Below are positions 34,308 to 45,400 of a stretch of DNA of 64,000 nucleotides, piece after piece. The notes below the pieces were generated by a model. The model made no database searches, was not told the origin of the DNA, and worked only from the letters and a program-made list of their open reading frames with translations. Origin of the DNA: Lepidodermella squamata (Eukaryota > Animalia > Gastrotricha); the NCBI GenBank assembly GCA_047495785.1, contig JBLDXI010000020.1, forward strand, positions 868,001-932,000, given 5' to 3'. How positions within the stretch are numbered: position 1 is the stretch's first letter; each line of letters starts with the position of its first letter. The position numbers were made by a program, and so were the translations under genes.

Positions 34308-37300
34308 ATGACTGAACTTGAAAGGTCGAGCAATAATGCTGCTGAAATCGTCGAAAGTCACATCTCGCAACACAGGACGAATCCGTACTGGTTACCGCTG
34401 ATTGCCGCGATAAAAGCTCACGATGAAGCGGAGTCTGTCATTGATCCTTTATTAGCCAAATTTATGGCTGAAACTCCAGAATCTCTCCGTTCCGTCGCCA
34501 TTGATTGCAGAGACGACGAAGGCTGGACTTTGCTTAGCTTCGCCGCGTTTAGCAATAACGTTGACGCGGCTCGGTTGCTTGTCGAAAGGTACAACGCACG
34601 GCTGGATGTTCGAAATAACTACGACGCAACGCCGTTCATGCTGGCGGCTCTAACTGGCACTGAGTCGTTCGTCGAATACTGCGTCAAGCGAAATCCCGGC
34701 CTTATCGAGCTACCGAATAAATTCGGCTTCACGCCATTGATGATGGCTGCAGCGAATGGGCATTTGGGAATTGTGGAGATTCTGTTGGCGAATGGTGCCG
34801 ATGCTCAGGCCGTTACGAAGAATGGCGGTACTGCTTTGATTGAAGCTGCTGCTCATGGCCACGAAAAAATCGTGAAATTACTACTTGAAAACGGCGCCAG
34901 AGTTAATCAAGGTATATTTGAAAACAATCGCTTTTTGACATCCCAGCCCATAAACTGTTAAGATGGTAACTTTGGACACGGTAATGTTTTTCAAAAGTTG
35001 AAAATCAGCTCTAAAATTGTAAGAAAAATTGACCAAGTTAATTCCTGGCTTGCATACAAACTGTTTCAATTTTAAATGAATTCTGGCAATTTGAAAGCTT
35101 TTTTGTTGACCCAAGAAAACTAGTTATTAATTTTGGATGCTCAAATATGTGGGTCGAGTTTTAAAGAAAGTTCTTCCCAGCAGCATAGTTGAATTATATA
35201 CAGTTCGAATTAAAAATTACCCAACTTTGAACCTGAAATGCTCATAGATGCCATGATGACGTGGATGACCTACAGCCAGAATTTAATTTTTCTTTCGATT
35301 TCAGAGGAGGTAATTACCGTATTTGTTCCAATAGTTAGGGGGTCAAATGAAAAATAAAAAATGCACAAAAAAATAATTATCGAATTGTTGGAGGTTGAAA
35401 TTTTAGCAGCCCGGGCTGGTATTGGAACAAATACGATATTCAACGTATCCCAGAAGGTGCGCGACTATTTTTTACTTTGGCGACTTTTTGTAAGAAATTA
35501 AAAAAATTTTTAATTAAACCCACCAGGAGAAAATTTCATCTTTACCCGCGAATAAAAAGACCGAAGAAATAAAAAATTTGCATAGTGTGATCATTTGAGC
35601 GTTCTAATTTTTTTCTCCGATCAAAATGCATGTAATTTTTTTCTGAAACGCTCAAATGATCAGACGATGTACCGGAGAAGACCCAGAAAACCCCGATGGT
35701 AACTGTTTCGGTAATTGTGGGTATTTTATCCAGTTGGAACAATTTCTCCTGATTTTTATCCCATTAACTATAATGAAAAACTCAATTCTCGTAATTTTTT
35801 GAATTTTTTTGAAATTTTCTGATAATGAGATGTGACTTCCCATGCAAAAAGTCGACTTTGAATGTCGCTTTGGTTTTAATGTCCAACGACAGCTGATGAG
35901 ATTTTGTGAAAAAAATCTCATGTTTCGACCGTTCAAAGTCACATCCAAAGCCAAAAGTGTCTAATTTTACCCTGTGCATAGTTACCCCGCGTCATACTGC
36001 AGCATTTGAATTCACATTTTTTTAGCTGACAACTTCGGATTAACTCCGCTTATGGCGAAAATAATAGCACTCGCACCGTACTGCCGGCACGGTCAACTAC
36101 GGCGCAACTACGGTGCCGGTACGGCCGGTCATCTACGGCGCCGTAGCGATTCCGTAACTTTTAGAAAATTCCCCCTGACTTCAAATTTATGAAATCTAAC
36201 AAAATATCATATCACCAATTAGGGATACGGATTGGCCAATAAGCTTAATATGAACCGGTGATAAAAAGTCACGTAAACATTAATGAAAAATCAGGTAAAG
36301 GCTTCAGATTACAGTCCCGCTCTTGAAAACGTTTGAAAGCATGTATAACCGTGAAACGATATATTCAATGACTACCTGGAGGTCGACAGTAACAAGGCGG
36401 AAACGAGAATGACGATTTCGCTACGGTTCGAACTGACCAATGTGCCCTTGAAGTAGTTACACCTGTGATGACGAGCGCCAATAGGCTGATTTCAGACTAG
36501 AAATTTTAGCCCCGTTTAACGGGTTTCTGAAACTAAATGGCCCATCCTGGGTAGCCAACGGCTTCCCTGGGATCCCAGCTATCAGATGGATATGCTGGAA
36601 CCCGCCCGCCTTCAAACACCAGGTCCACCTGGGTTCCCAAAGTTCGCCATAACATAGCATTTTTGGCTGATTTTAGAGTTTGGGTTCCAGCCAGGTTTAA
36701 CGGGTTTCTGAATCTAAATGGCCTATCCTGGGTAGCCAACGGCTTCCCTGGGATCCCAGCTATCAGATGGATATGCTGGAACCCGCCCGCCTTCAAACAC
36801 CAGGTCCACCTGGGTTCCCAAAGTTCGCCATAACATAGCATTTTTGGCTGATTTTAGAGTTTGGGTTCCAGCCAGGTTTAACGGGTTTCTGAATCTAAAT
36901 GGCCTATCCTGGGTGGCCAACGGCTTCCCTGGGATCCCAGCTATCAGATGGATATGCTGGAACCCGCCCGCCTTCAAACACCAGGTCAACCTGGGTTCCC
37001 AAAGTTCGCCATAACATAGCATTTTTGGCTGATTTTAGAGTTTGGGTTCCAGCCCGGTTTAACGGGTTTCTGAATCTAAATGGCCCATCCTGGGTAGCCA
37101 ACGGCTTCCCTGGGATCCCAGCTATCAGATGGATATGCTGGAACCCGCCCGCCTTCAAACACCAGGTCCACCTGGGTTCCCAAAGTTCGCCATAACATAG
37201 CATTTTTGGCTGATTTTAGAGTTTGGGTTCCAGCCAGGTTTAACGGGTTTCTGAATCTAAATGGCCCATCCTGGGTAGCCAACGGCTTCCCTGGGATCCC

Positions 37301-39114
37301 AGCTATCAGATGGATATGCTGGAACCCGCCAGCCCTCAAACACCAGGTCAACCTGGGTTCCCAAAGTTCGCCATAACATAGCATTTTTGGCTGATTTTAG
37401 AGTTTGGGTTCCAGCCAGGTTTAACGGGTTTCTGAATCTAAATGGCCCATCCTGGGTAGCCAACGGCTTCCCTGGGATCCCAGCTATCAGATGGATATGC
37501 TGGAACCCGCCCGCCTTCAAACACCAGGTCAACCTGGGTTCTCAAAGTTCGCCATAACATAGCATTTTTGGCTGATTTTAGAGTTTGGGTTCCAGCCAGG
37601 TTTAACGGGTTTCTGAATCTAAATGGCCCATCCTGGGTAGCCAACGGCTTCCCTGGGATCCCAGCTATCAGATGGATATGCTGGAACCCGCCCGCCTTCA
37701 AACACCAGGTCAACCTGGGTTCTCAAAGTTCGCCATAACATAGCATTTTTGGCTGATTTTAGAGTTTGGGTTCCAGCCAGGTTTAACGGGTTTCTGAATC
37801 TAAATGGCCTATCCTGGGTAGCCAACGGCTTCCCTGGGATCCCAGCTATCAGATGGATATGCTGGAACCCGCCCGCCTTCAAACACCAGGTCAACCTGGG
37901 TTCTCAAAGTTCGCCATAACATAGCATTTTTGGCTGATTTTAGAGTTTGGGTTCCAGCCAGGTTTAACGGGTTTCTGAATCTAAATGGCCTATCCTGGGT
38001 AGCCAACGGCTTCCCTGGGATCCCAGCTATCAGATGGATATGCTGGAACCCGCCCGCCTTCAAACACCAGGTCAACCTGGGTTCTCAAAGTTCGCCATAA
38101 CATAGCATTTTTGGCTGATTTTAGAGTTTGGGTTCCAGCCCGGTTTAACGGGTTTCTGAATCTAAATGGCCCATCCTGGGTAGCCAACGGCTTCCCTGGG
38201 ATCCCAGCTATCAGATGGATATGCTGGAACCCGCCCGCCTTCAAACACCAGGTCAACCTGGGTTCCCAAAGTTCGCCATAACATAGCATTTTTGGCTGAT
38301 TTTAGAGTTTGGGTTCCAGCCCGGTTTAACGGGTTTCGAAGACTCCCAAACGCATCGCGGATTGTCCACGTCTTCATATAAAACACGCCTTTGTAAGCAG
38401 ATCGCTGCAATTAGTATTGAGTGCACCTATCCCCTGTGATTCAACGGATATACATTCAGCCCAAGCCATTCAGCTGGCTACATGCTGACTTTTCGAAAAT
38501 TTGTATCCTAACTTTGTTGTTCAGTTTTCGACTTGTTTTCAGGTAGCCTACCTCTTATCGACGGTGTATGCGAAAATTCGTGAAAATCCCATTACGGTTA
38601 TCATGTTTTTAAAAATGTTTTGAGCTGGCCGTAGCACGCGAAAATGCTACGTAGCACTGTGGTAGCGCTGAAATAGCAGTCGCCGTAGCGCTACCGTAGC
38701 GGCCCCGTAGTTGTGCTATTTGAGTGCTATTATTTTCGTATACTGGCGGCTGCAGCCGGCGGCCATCTTGATGCCTGTCGATGGCTCGGCCAACGCTTTG
38801 CCAACATCAACACCGCAAATCCGAACAACGAAACTGCCCTAATGTTAGCCTGCGAGAAGGGCCACACCGAGGTGGCGAAATACCTGTTGACAAAAGGCGC
38901 CAAGGTGAACATTGAGCGAAAACTAGACGGAGTAACCCCGCTGATGCTAGCTGGGCTGTCTCAAAACGTCGAGCTTTTCAGTCTACTTGTCATGAACCAG
39001 GCGAATCTAAAGGCAACTGCGAGTGATGGACGCGACATTGGCGATTTCATCAATGGCAATCATGCTCTGAAACTGATTCTGAAATCAAAAGGTTACCACA
39101 TTGATATCGATTGA
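34308..39114 (+). CDS. Ankyrin-repeat protein whose second exon (36026-36057 + 38749-39114) is split by a 2.7 kb insertion; possibly a disrupted allele
   Basis: Exon 1 34308-34911 carries four or five ankyrin repeats and a phase-1 donor. The acceptor at 36025 gives ADNFGLTPLMA. Removing the insertion restores TPLMAAAAGGHLDAC, an exact ankyrin consensus length. Confidence 0.8.
34965..35988. mobile_element. Putative ~1 kb TIR element making up most of the ankyrin intron
   Basis: Imperfect TIR GGTAACTTTGGACACGGTAA / TTACCCTGTGCATAGTTACC. Confidence 0.4.
35317..35436. mobile_element. 120-bp Tc1/mariner-pogo-type MITE with TA target duplication, nested in the intron
   Basis: TA|CCGTATTTGTTCCAATA ... 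TATTGGAACAAATACGA|TA. Confidence 0.75.
36058..38743. mobile_element. Non-autonomous DNA transposon (CMC/EnSpm-like architecture) carrying a satellite array, inserted in a coding exon
   Basis: 17-bp IR CGAAAATAATAGCACTC (36056-36072) / GAGTGCTATTATTTTCG (38722-38738). Subterminal CTACGG repeats at left and CCGTAG at right. TGGCG is duplicated on both sides (36053-36057, 38744-38748). No transposase ORF. Confidence 0.8.
36514..38337. repeat. Tandem array of ten 181-bp units plus a partial unit
   Basis: Unit starts GTTTAACGGGTTTC at 36514, 36695 ... 38324 (exact 181 spacing); only a few substitutions between copies. Confidence 0.98.
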
Positions 39115-39209
39115 AGAACAAAGTAAAAACCCTGCTTCTGAGAATGATTTATTCAATTAAAAGCTAATAATCGAAAAAACAGAAATCAAACAAAAAATGT
39201 GTGGTAGGT

Positions 39210-40472
39210 TCACTTGAAGCCGCGGCTCATCAACAGCTGTACGATTTCGTTGTAGCCGCATCGTCGAGCAATGGCGATAGCCGCCGCGCCCTCCTCGCCG
39301 CTGACGTGATACGACGTAGACGCGTATTTGCTCAGCAAAAACGCGACAATTTTCGTTTGACCCCGAGTCGACGCGCGTATCAACGCTGTTGGTTTCGCTT
39401 CTTTGAACAGCGATACGCTGTTATTCTCCTTACTGCTGTCTTCGTTGAAGTTCGGCTGGGCTATCAAGATGCGAACAACGTCGATGCGGCCACGGTCGGC
39501 TGCTAGTAACAGCGCTGTATCGCCATCGTCGTTAGTTGCGTCGATTTTAGCGCCGAAGTCGATGAGAAGGTTCACAGTTGCTGAATTACCGTTGATTGCC
39601 GCCAGCATCAAGGGCGTGTTACGAGGTGGGACTTCCTCTCGCGTCTCTAGCAAAGCTCGGTGTAATTTACCGTGTTCTTGCAGTAATTTTTCAATTTTTT
39701 CGTTTTCGCCGAGAGCAGCCGCTTTTAATAATGCCGATTCCGCTATTTGAAACTAAATAAAAATTTCAAATTTATGGGAAATAGAAGATCTAAATTGCTC
39801 ACCTTGGCTACCTCTGGAAAATTCAGGTAAATTCTCTATAAATTTGAAAAAAAAATCAAGTTTAGGGAGGAATTATTTCAGATGAATTACCTTCAATTTT
39901 GACTCGAAATCCGTAATCGATGGCTGTGTTTTATCTCCTTTGCTTTCGGCCTCTTCCAGTTTGGCTTTGTACCTTCGCTCAACCTCGGCCACATTCATCT
40001 CAGAAACTTGCTTCATCGCGGCCAACTTCAGCTGGCAATCCTATAACAAAAATATATTTTATATTAAAATTCGTATTTTATTTTGTAGCTAACCTTTAGT
40101 TCCTTACTCAGCTCAGACACTTTGGAGATGGCTTCTTTTTCGGCTGAAAGAACTGTTGCCAACTTGCTTTCGAGTTGTTCGATTTCCCGCTGAGATTCCT
40201 CATCTTTTTCTTGGAACGATGCCAACTGGCTCCGTAGGGTATTCGACTCTTTGAACGCCTCAACTTGATTGGCATGCAAGTCTTCCTTGAGAGCCTAAAA
40301 ATCTGAAATTAATTACATCAACTTTAAGGCCGTGATTTATTACCTTGAGCTTATTTTCAAGGTGAGTGATTTTCGATCGCAGGTCACCTATTTCCAACGT
40401 TTGCTTCTCTTCGACAGCTTGCCAATACTTTTCATCATTTCGAAAATTGCTGAACAATCGAAAATTGAACAT
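39210..40472 (-). CDS. M[FY]NF-type coiled-coil + ankyrin-repeat protein (5 exons)
   Basis: MFNFRLFSNFRNDEKYW...HLENKLK|ALKEDLH...ELK|DCQLKLAAM...DFESKLK|RIYLNFPEVAK|FQIAESALLKAA, then ankyrins (NTPLMLAAINGN, GDTALLLAADRGR, PTALIRASTRGQ). All introns phase 0. Confidence 0.88.
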
Positions 40473-40790
40473 GGTGATGCTGCTTGGCTGGCTAAAATGA
40501 TTTCGAGCTTTCAGCTGAAACAAAATTAGGCGTCTATTACGACAGCTGGTAGCAACACCTTGCAGTGGAATGATGAACATGAAAAGTAAATATAGAGCAA
40601 GTTATTGGTCCTTGGAAAATTTATTATTTTCGTCAGTCGGATTTAATATCAAGCAGAGCGTGTCATCGAATTTCAGTCGAAAAATACTACTTGAAAATAT
40701 ATATAATATATATGAGTTTTCTCGAAAGACGCAATATAAAAATATTATAATATTTTAGAGAAATTTCAATTTCAAAAAATAAACCATCGT

Positions 40791-41218
40791 CTATCGGTCG
40801 TTATGGCCATCATCGTCATGCATGATTGATTTGCTCATAACGTTGGCCCACATGTAGAACGGTTTGAGGTTGAGGCAAATTTCTCGCGATTTCATTTTCG
40901 CGATGCATTTAGCCAGCTTTCGCTGGTATCGCAACACCTCGAACACATCCTTAATCACCCGGCGCGTTTCTTCAACGCTTCGGCCTTGCAATAATTCGGC
41001 TAATTTACCTGAAATCAATTTTGAGATTTTTAAAAAAATTTTTGCAGAATTTTTCTACCTTTTAGCTCTGAATCTTGCAATAATGACCGATATCTTGTTT
41101 GAAGGGGATGCTGAGAATGCGGTATTTCTTCACTTCCGAAGCATAGGGTGATCAAACTCGCCAGGAATATTGTCGCCAAAACCGCCGAATAACAGCCTGT
41201 GTTTTGCTGCGTCTTCAT
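40791..41218 (-). CDS. Secreted C-x9-C / FxLWA family protein 4 (divergent, 2 exons)
   Basis: Signal peptide, ~49 bp GT-AG intron, then LRYQRKLAKCIAKMKSREICLNLKPFYMWANVMSKSIM. Confidence 0.8.
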
Positions 41219-43435
41219 TTTTTTCGAAGCTGTCTTACTTTTCGAGCGAATGGAAAATAATGATGACTAAGTTATTCACTGCCGGACAAAATTGCTGTAT
41301 TGTATTGATCGAGTTAACACACTCATGGCATCGAACAAAACAACTTGACTGTCACCTGGCTACAGCGCGGCGTTGTATATGACAAGCGGTATTTTAAGCT
41401 GGGCTTTTTATTCATTAAGTCTGGGCTGAATCATTCCCAGGGGGCTCAAAGTCATCTTGCCGCAGCAATAATTTATACATTCTGACTTTTCTTGAAATAA
41501 ACAGTATAATATAAAGTGTCGAAAAACCATGCTCCATCAGTGCGAAAATGTAAAAAAACTGAATGTAAAAAAACGCGCCATAATTTAAATCACTTCACAT
41601 ATATTATATAAAGCATAATATAATATGAGATTGGACCTAAAAAATATTGGAGTATTTTTTTATCATTTTTTCGCAGCAATTGCACCAAAGATGAAATTTC
41701 GGAAAAATTTGCGGACAAAGCTCGCACCGGTGATAATGAGCTTCCGATATTAGGTCATCTGATCTGGTTCTTCAGGATGTAACTTCCTTTTGCAGCGCGG
41801 AAAAGAACAATGCTCATCCGACCCGGCTTTTTGTTTCATTCAACGAAAAGAAAGGTACACCACATCATAGTACACGGACGTTGATTTCAGGGAAGAGCAA
41901 GGCAAATAAAATCAGCCACGATTTGTTGTCATTACGTTGCCGCGCCAGCGCGATAATATCGTTTTATTCTATTTGCCTTGTGTTGTACAAGATTTATTTA
42001 CAAAAAAAGGAACCCACCGCGTGCGGGCAAATGGCAACTATTATTGCGCGCAAAGTACACCATTAAACGCGAGCGTATCCTATAACGTCTTAAATATATA
42101 CACCACCACACATATATTATTATATATAGCAAGGTGTATGAGAATATATATGTAGCAAGACTATTAAAATAATAACGTTTTTTCAGAGGTTAGCGCGCTT
42201 TGATGCATGTTGGAGAAAAAAACGTGTCTTAATGCGCTAGGGGCTGGGTTCCGCGAAGTGCGCAACCACGCGGCGCCACTCGTCGGCTGAATCGCAGGCG
42301 GAAATAATGTGGCGTCCGTTTTGCCGGCAGAAAAAAAAATTAAGCAGGCGCCAACACCACTATGAACAAATAGTGTATAGCAGCAATAAGCAGTAATAAT
42401 TACTTCACCGGATAGTATCAACTTACGATATTAGGTGCGTGCGCGCAAAAAAGCAGCAGCAGCGACGATAAAGTTGGTAATGGGGGCTGTTTCTAAACAG
42501 TTTAACTGATTTTTTTTTCAACAATCATATTTATATAATTACGGGAGCGGAAATTATGACTCGTGCGTGAGAATTTCTTTTCTCAAAATTTAATTTTAGG
42601 TTGGAAATTCGCTTTCAGGAGACCTGAAATTACTTGTTAACCCCAATAATTGAAAATACCACCATATATTATGTTTGCTATGCCCTACTGACCGCTATTT
42701 TCGTTGCCCAATTCTCGCGGTTTGTTTTTTTCTTAGCGCGCCACGCATTTTTTAAAAGTGCAATCGCACTTGCTGGAACGGCTCAATTTCACGCTGTTTG
42801 AATTAATTAAATCGGTTACTATACATCAGCACCATGGCAAATTTTGTTGCATGGGATTTACAGAAAAATTAGGACTGCTAGAAATTCTCCAGTTTTTTTT
42901 TCGTTTATTCGAGCTTGAATTTTTCTGAAAATGCTGAGCACGTATTCTGTCGTTTTCTTAATTAAACATTGCAAGTTTGGCAAAGAGATAATTATATACT
43001 AGTGTATTCAAAGTTAAAATTAAATGAAAAATTAGCCGATTTATTTTATACTGCTGACCCATTATGTCTAAGGATGTTTCTTCTCGTTCTGAGGTGACCG
43101 GCGCAACTTGACAAAAACGTTATTTTCCGTAGCATTTGTTAATTGCTCTCATCGATTTTTCGATTTTAACCCATCGTCCGCACGTGTTAAAAGCAATTAT
43201 TCGTCATCAAGATGCCGGTCGGCATCGGCAAGAAATATAAAACTGAAAAAACTGAATTACAATAGGGCTTAATTAATTCTTACCTGAATAGGTGCAATAT
43301 TTTTAGTAATTTTTATTGATATAGAAAAAAATAATTTTTACTACACTTAAAACATCGGCGATTTTATCGCAATTTTACCGTCGCGCTCGGCGAAAATTGC
43401 GGTCTTAAACAGCGCGCATATCTGGAATCTAAAAA

Positions 43436-45015
43436 ATGAACCGATTTTCGCCGAGTTTTCGCCGTTCCCTGCTCGCCGAACTTGCCGTGCTGTTCGCCTT
43501 CCTATTTCCCGATGCTGTGTCACTAGATGTAGCGGAAAGTACGACGCAAAAACCGGCTCAATACGGCCTTAACCAGCGCCTGCTTGTTGTATCGTTCGAT
43601 GGCTTTCGGCAAATGTACTTTGAAAACCGGTTCCTGCCATGGTTTAATTACTTCAAGCAACAAGGCGTCTACTCCGACACGGTTCAAAGCATCTTCCCCA
43701 GTAAGCGAAATTTCATAATATTTCAAATCCAACTTAATATTGGTTTAATTAGGTGAAACATTTCCTAACCATTTTGCAATCGTGACTGGCATGTATTCGG
43801 AAAGTCACGGCGTTGTTGGCAATAACATGTACGATATGGAAATGAACGCGACTTTTACGAAAAATGACAACAGCCCATTTTGGTGGGCGCAGAAAACCGA
43901 ACCCATCTGGGTAACAGCCGTTCGGCAAAACATCATCACCTCCGTGACATTTTGGCCCGGTTCGGCGGTTAAATACCCACCGCATGATTATACACCCACG
44001 TTTTACCGGCCTATTTACGACGTGACAGTCCCGGCTGAGCAGCGTATCGACGAGGTGATTGACCGGTTTTTGAACGACAAGGTCCACCTGGCGTTTCTCT
44101 ACTACAACCAGCCTGATAGCGATGGCCATCAATATGGGGCTGGGTCGAATAACGTCAACGATCGATTGATGCAGGTCGACTGGTATCTGTCTTATTTGTT
44201 GAAAAAATTAGATGACAACGGCCTCGGCAAAGATGTTCTCAATGTGGTTTTATGTGCTGATCATGGTTCGTTTAATTGATTTTTCGAGGCTGAGTGAATT
44301 TAAATTTAAATTTAGGTATGACCAATTTGACCAATCCGATATTTCTAGAGGACTTTGTATCTGTTGACGATATTGAAAGGGTGAGTTGAAATCCTGATTT
44401 TTTTCATTTTTATTTGATTTTTTTCATTTAGGTCCCAGCAGCTGGACCTGTCGTGAATATTCAGCCTAAACCGGGGAAAATCGACTCAGTTTACGATACT
44501 TTGTTAACGGCCTCTCAGAGTGGTCAGCCTTTTAAAGTCTATCGCAAAAAAGAAGTTCCTTACGAATTTCACTACTCGAATAACGATAGAGTCTACGACA
44601 TTGTCGTTATTTGCGAGCTTGGGACCTATATGAAATGGGTATAAATTGATAATTTCAAGAATTTTGACATTTAAGGTACTTTTCCTTTCAGTTGAGACCA
44701 GGAACAAAAGTTGTAGGCGTTCACGGTTACGATCCTAAATACAGCCAAATGCGGCCTATGTTCATGGCCCGGGGTCCAGCGTTTAAAAAGAACGCGTACC
44801 GGGCTAAGAACGTTTTCGAAACGAAGGACATCTACGCCATAATCGCTCATGTAGCCGGCGTGAAGCCGCTGGCAACCAACGCCTCGCTCGAACTCGTCAC
44901 CGATATTTTCGACCCGAACGCATCGCCAATGACCAGCGCCAAATCAGTGCCAATAGCCTCTCTTTCACTATGTTCATCAGCCCTCCTCGCAATACTAGCC
45001 ATTTCGAAGCTATGA
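43436..45015 (+). CDS. Ectonucleotide pyrophosphatase/phosphodiesterase (ENPP4/5/6/7-like), probably GPI-anchored; 5 exons
   Basis: Signal peptide, LLVVSFDGFR, spliced FP|SETFPNHFAIVTG (catalytic Thr), PDSDGH, ADH|GM, HGY...MRPMFMARGPAFK, hydrophobic C-terminus. Confidence 0.93.
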
Positions 45016-45069
45016 AATTTATTATATCATAGTTATATCGAAATTCGTCAAATCACTGCCAAGACCTCG

Positions 45070-45114
45070 GAGTGGGGTAACTAGGCCGGAAAAATCGGTC
45101 AAGTTACCCCATTC
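45070..45114. other. ~20-bp stem hairpin just downstream of the ENPP stop
   Basis: GAGTGGGGTAACTAGGCCG-GAAAAAT-CGGTCAAGTTACCCCATTC, flanked by CCTCGG on both sides. Confidence 0.7.
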
Positions 45115-45400
45115 CTCGGCGCATCGCTTTAACAAATTTTTGTTCGATTTTACGTATAAAGACCAAAACAGCAAAAATCCAGTGTTTCTCGCGCGCTATT
45201 TTTATTATGTATTTATATGTCAATATTTCTCTGCAGATATTGTTGTCATCTGCTTCCGTTATATTAACAATCTTCACTTTTGTCAGGTGAAATCTGGTCA
45301 GATCATGTTGGGATTAAATTAAATACAATGATGTCGTCTTATATGTAAGTATGTGTATAAAGAACGCGGTTGAAAATAAAAGTAATTTTTTTAAGGTGGT

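Noticed and set aside
34962-34980. Possible micro-exon DGNFGH in the ankyrin intron
   Set aside because: It coincides with the left inverted repeat of a putative element, and the exon at 36026 supplies the proper DNFGLTPLM continuation.
36514-38337. CRISPR-like array
   Set aside because: Units are near-identical over their whole 181 bp with no unique spacers, no cas genes are present, and the context is eukaryotic.
36457-38410. Series of 67-102 aa ORFs in the ORF track
   Set aside because: They are by-products of a 181-bp unit cycling through frames and show no protein features.
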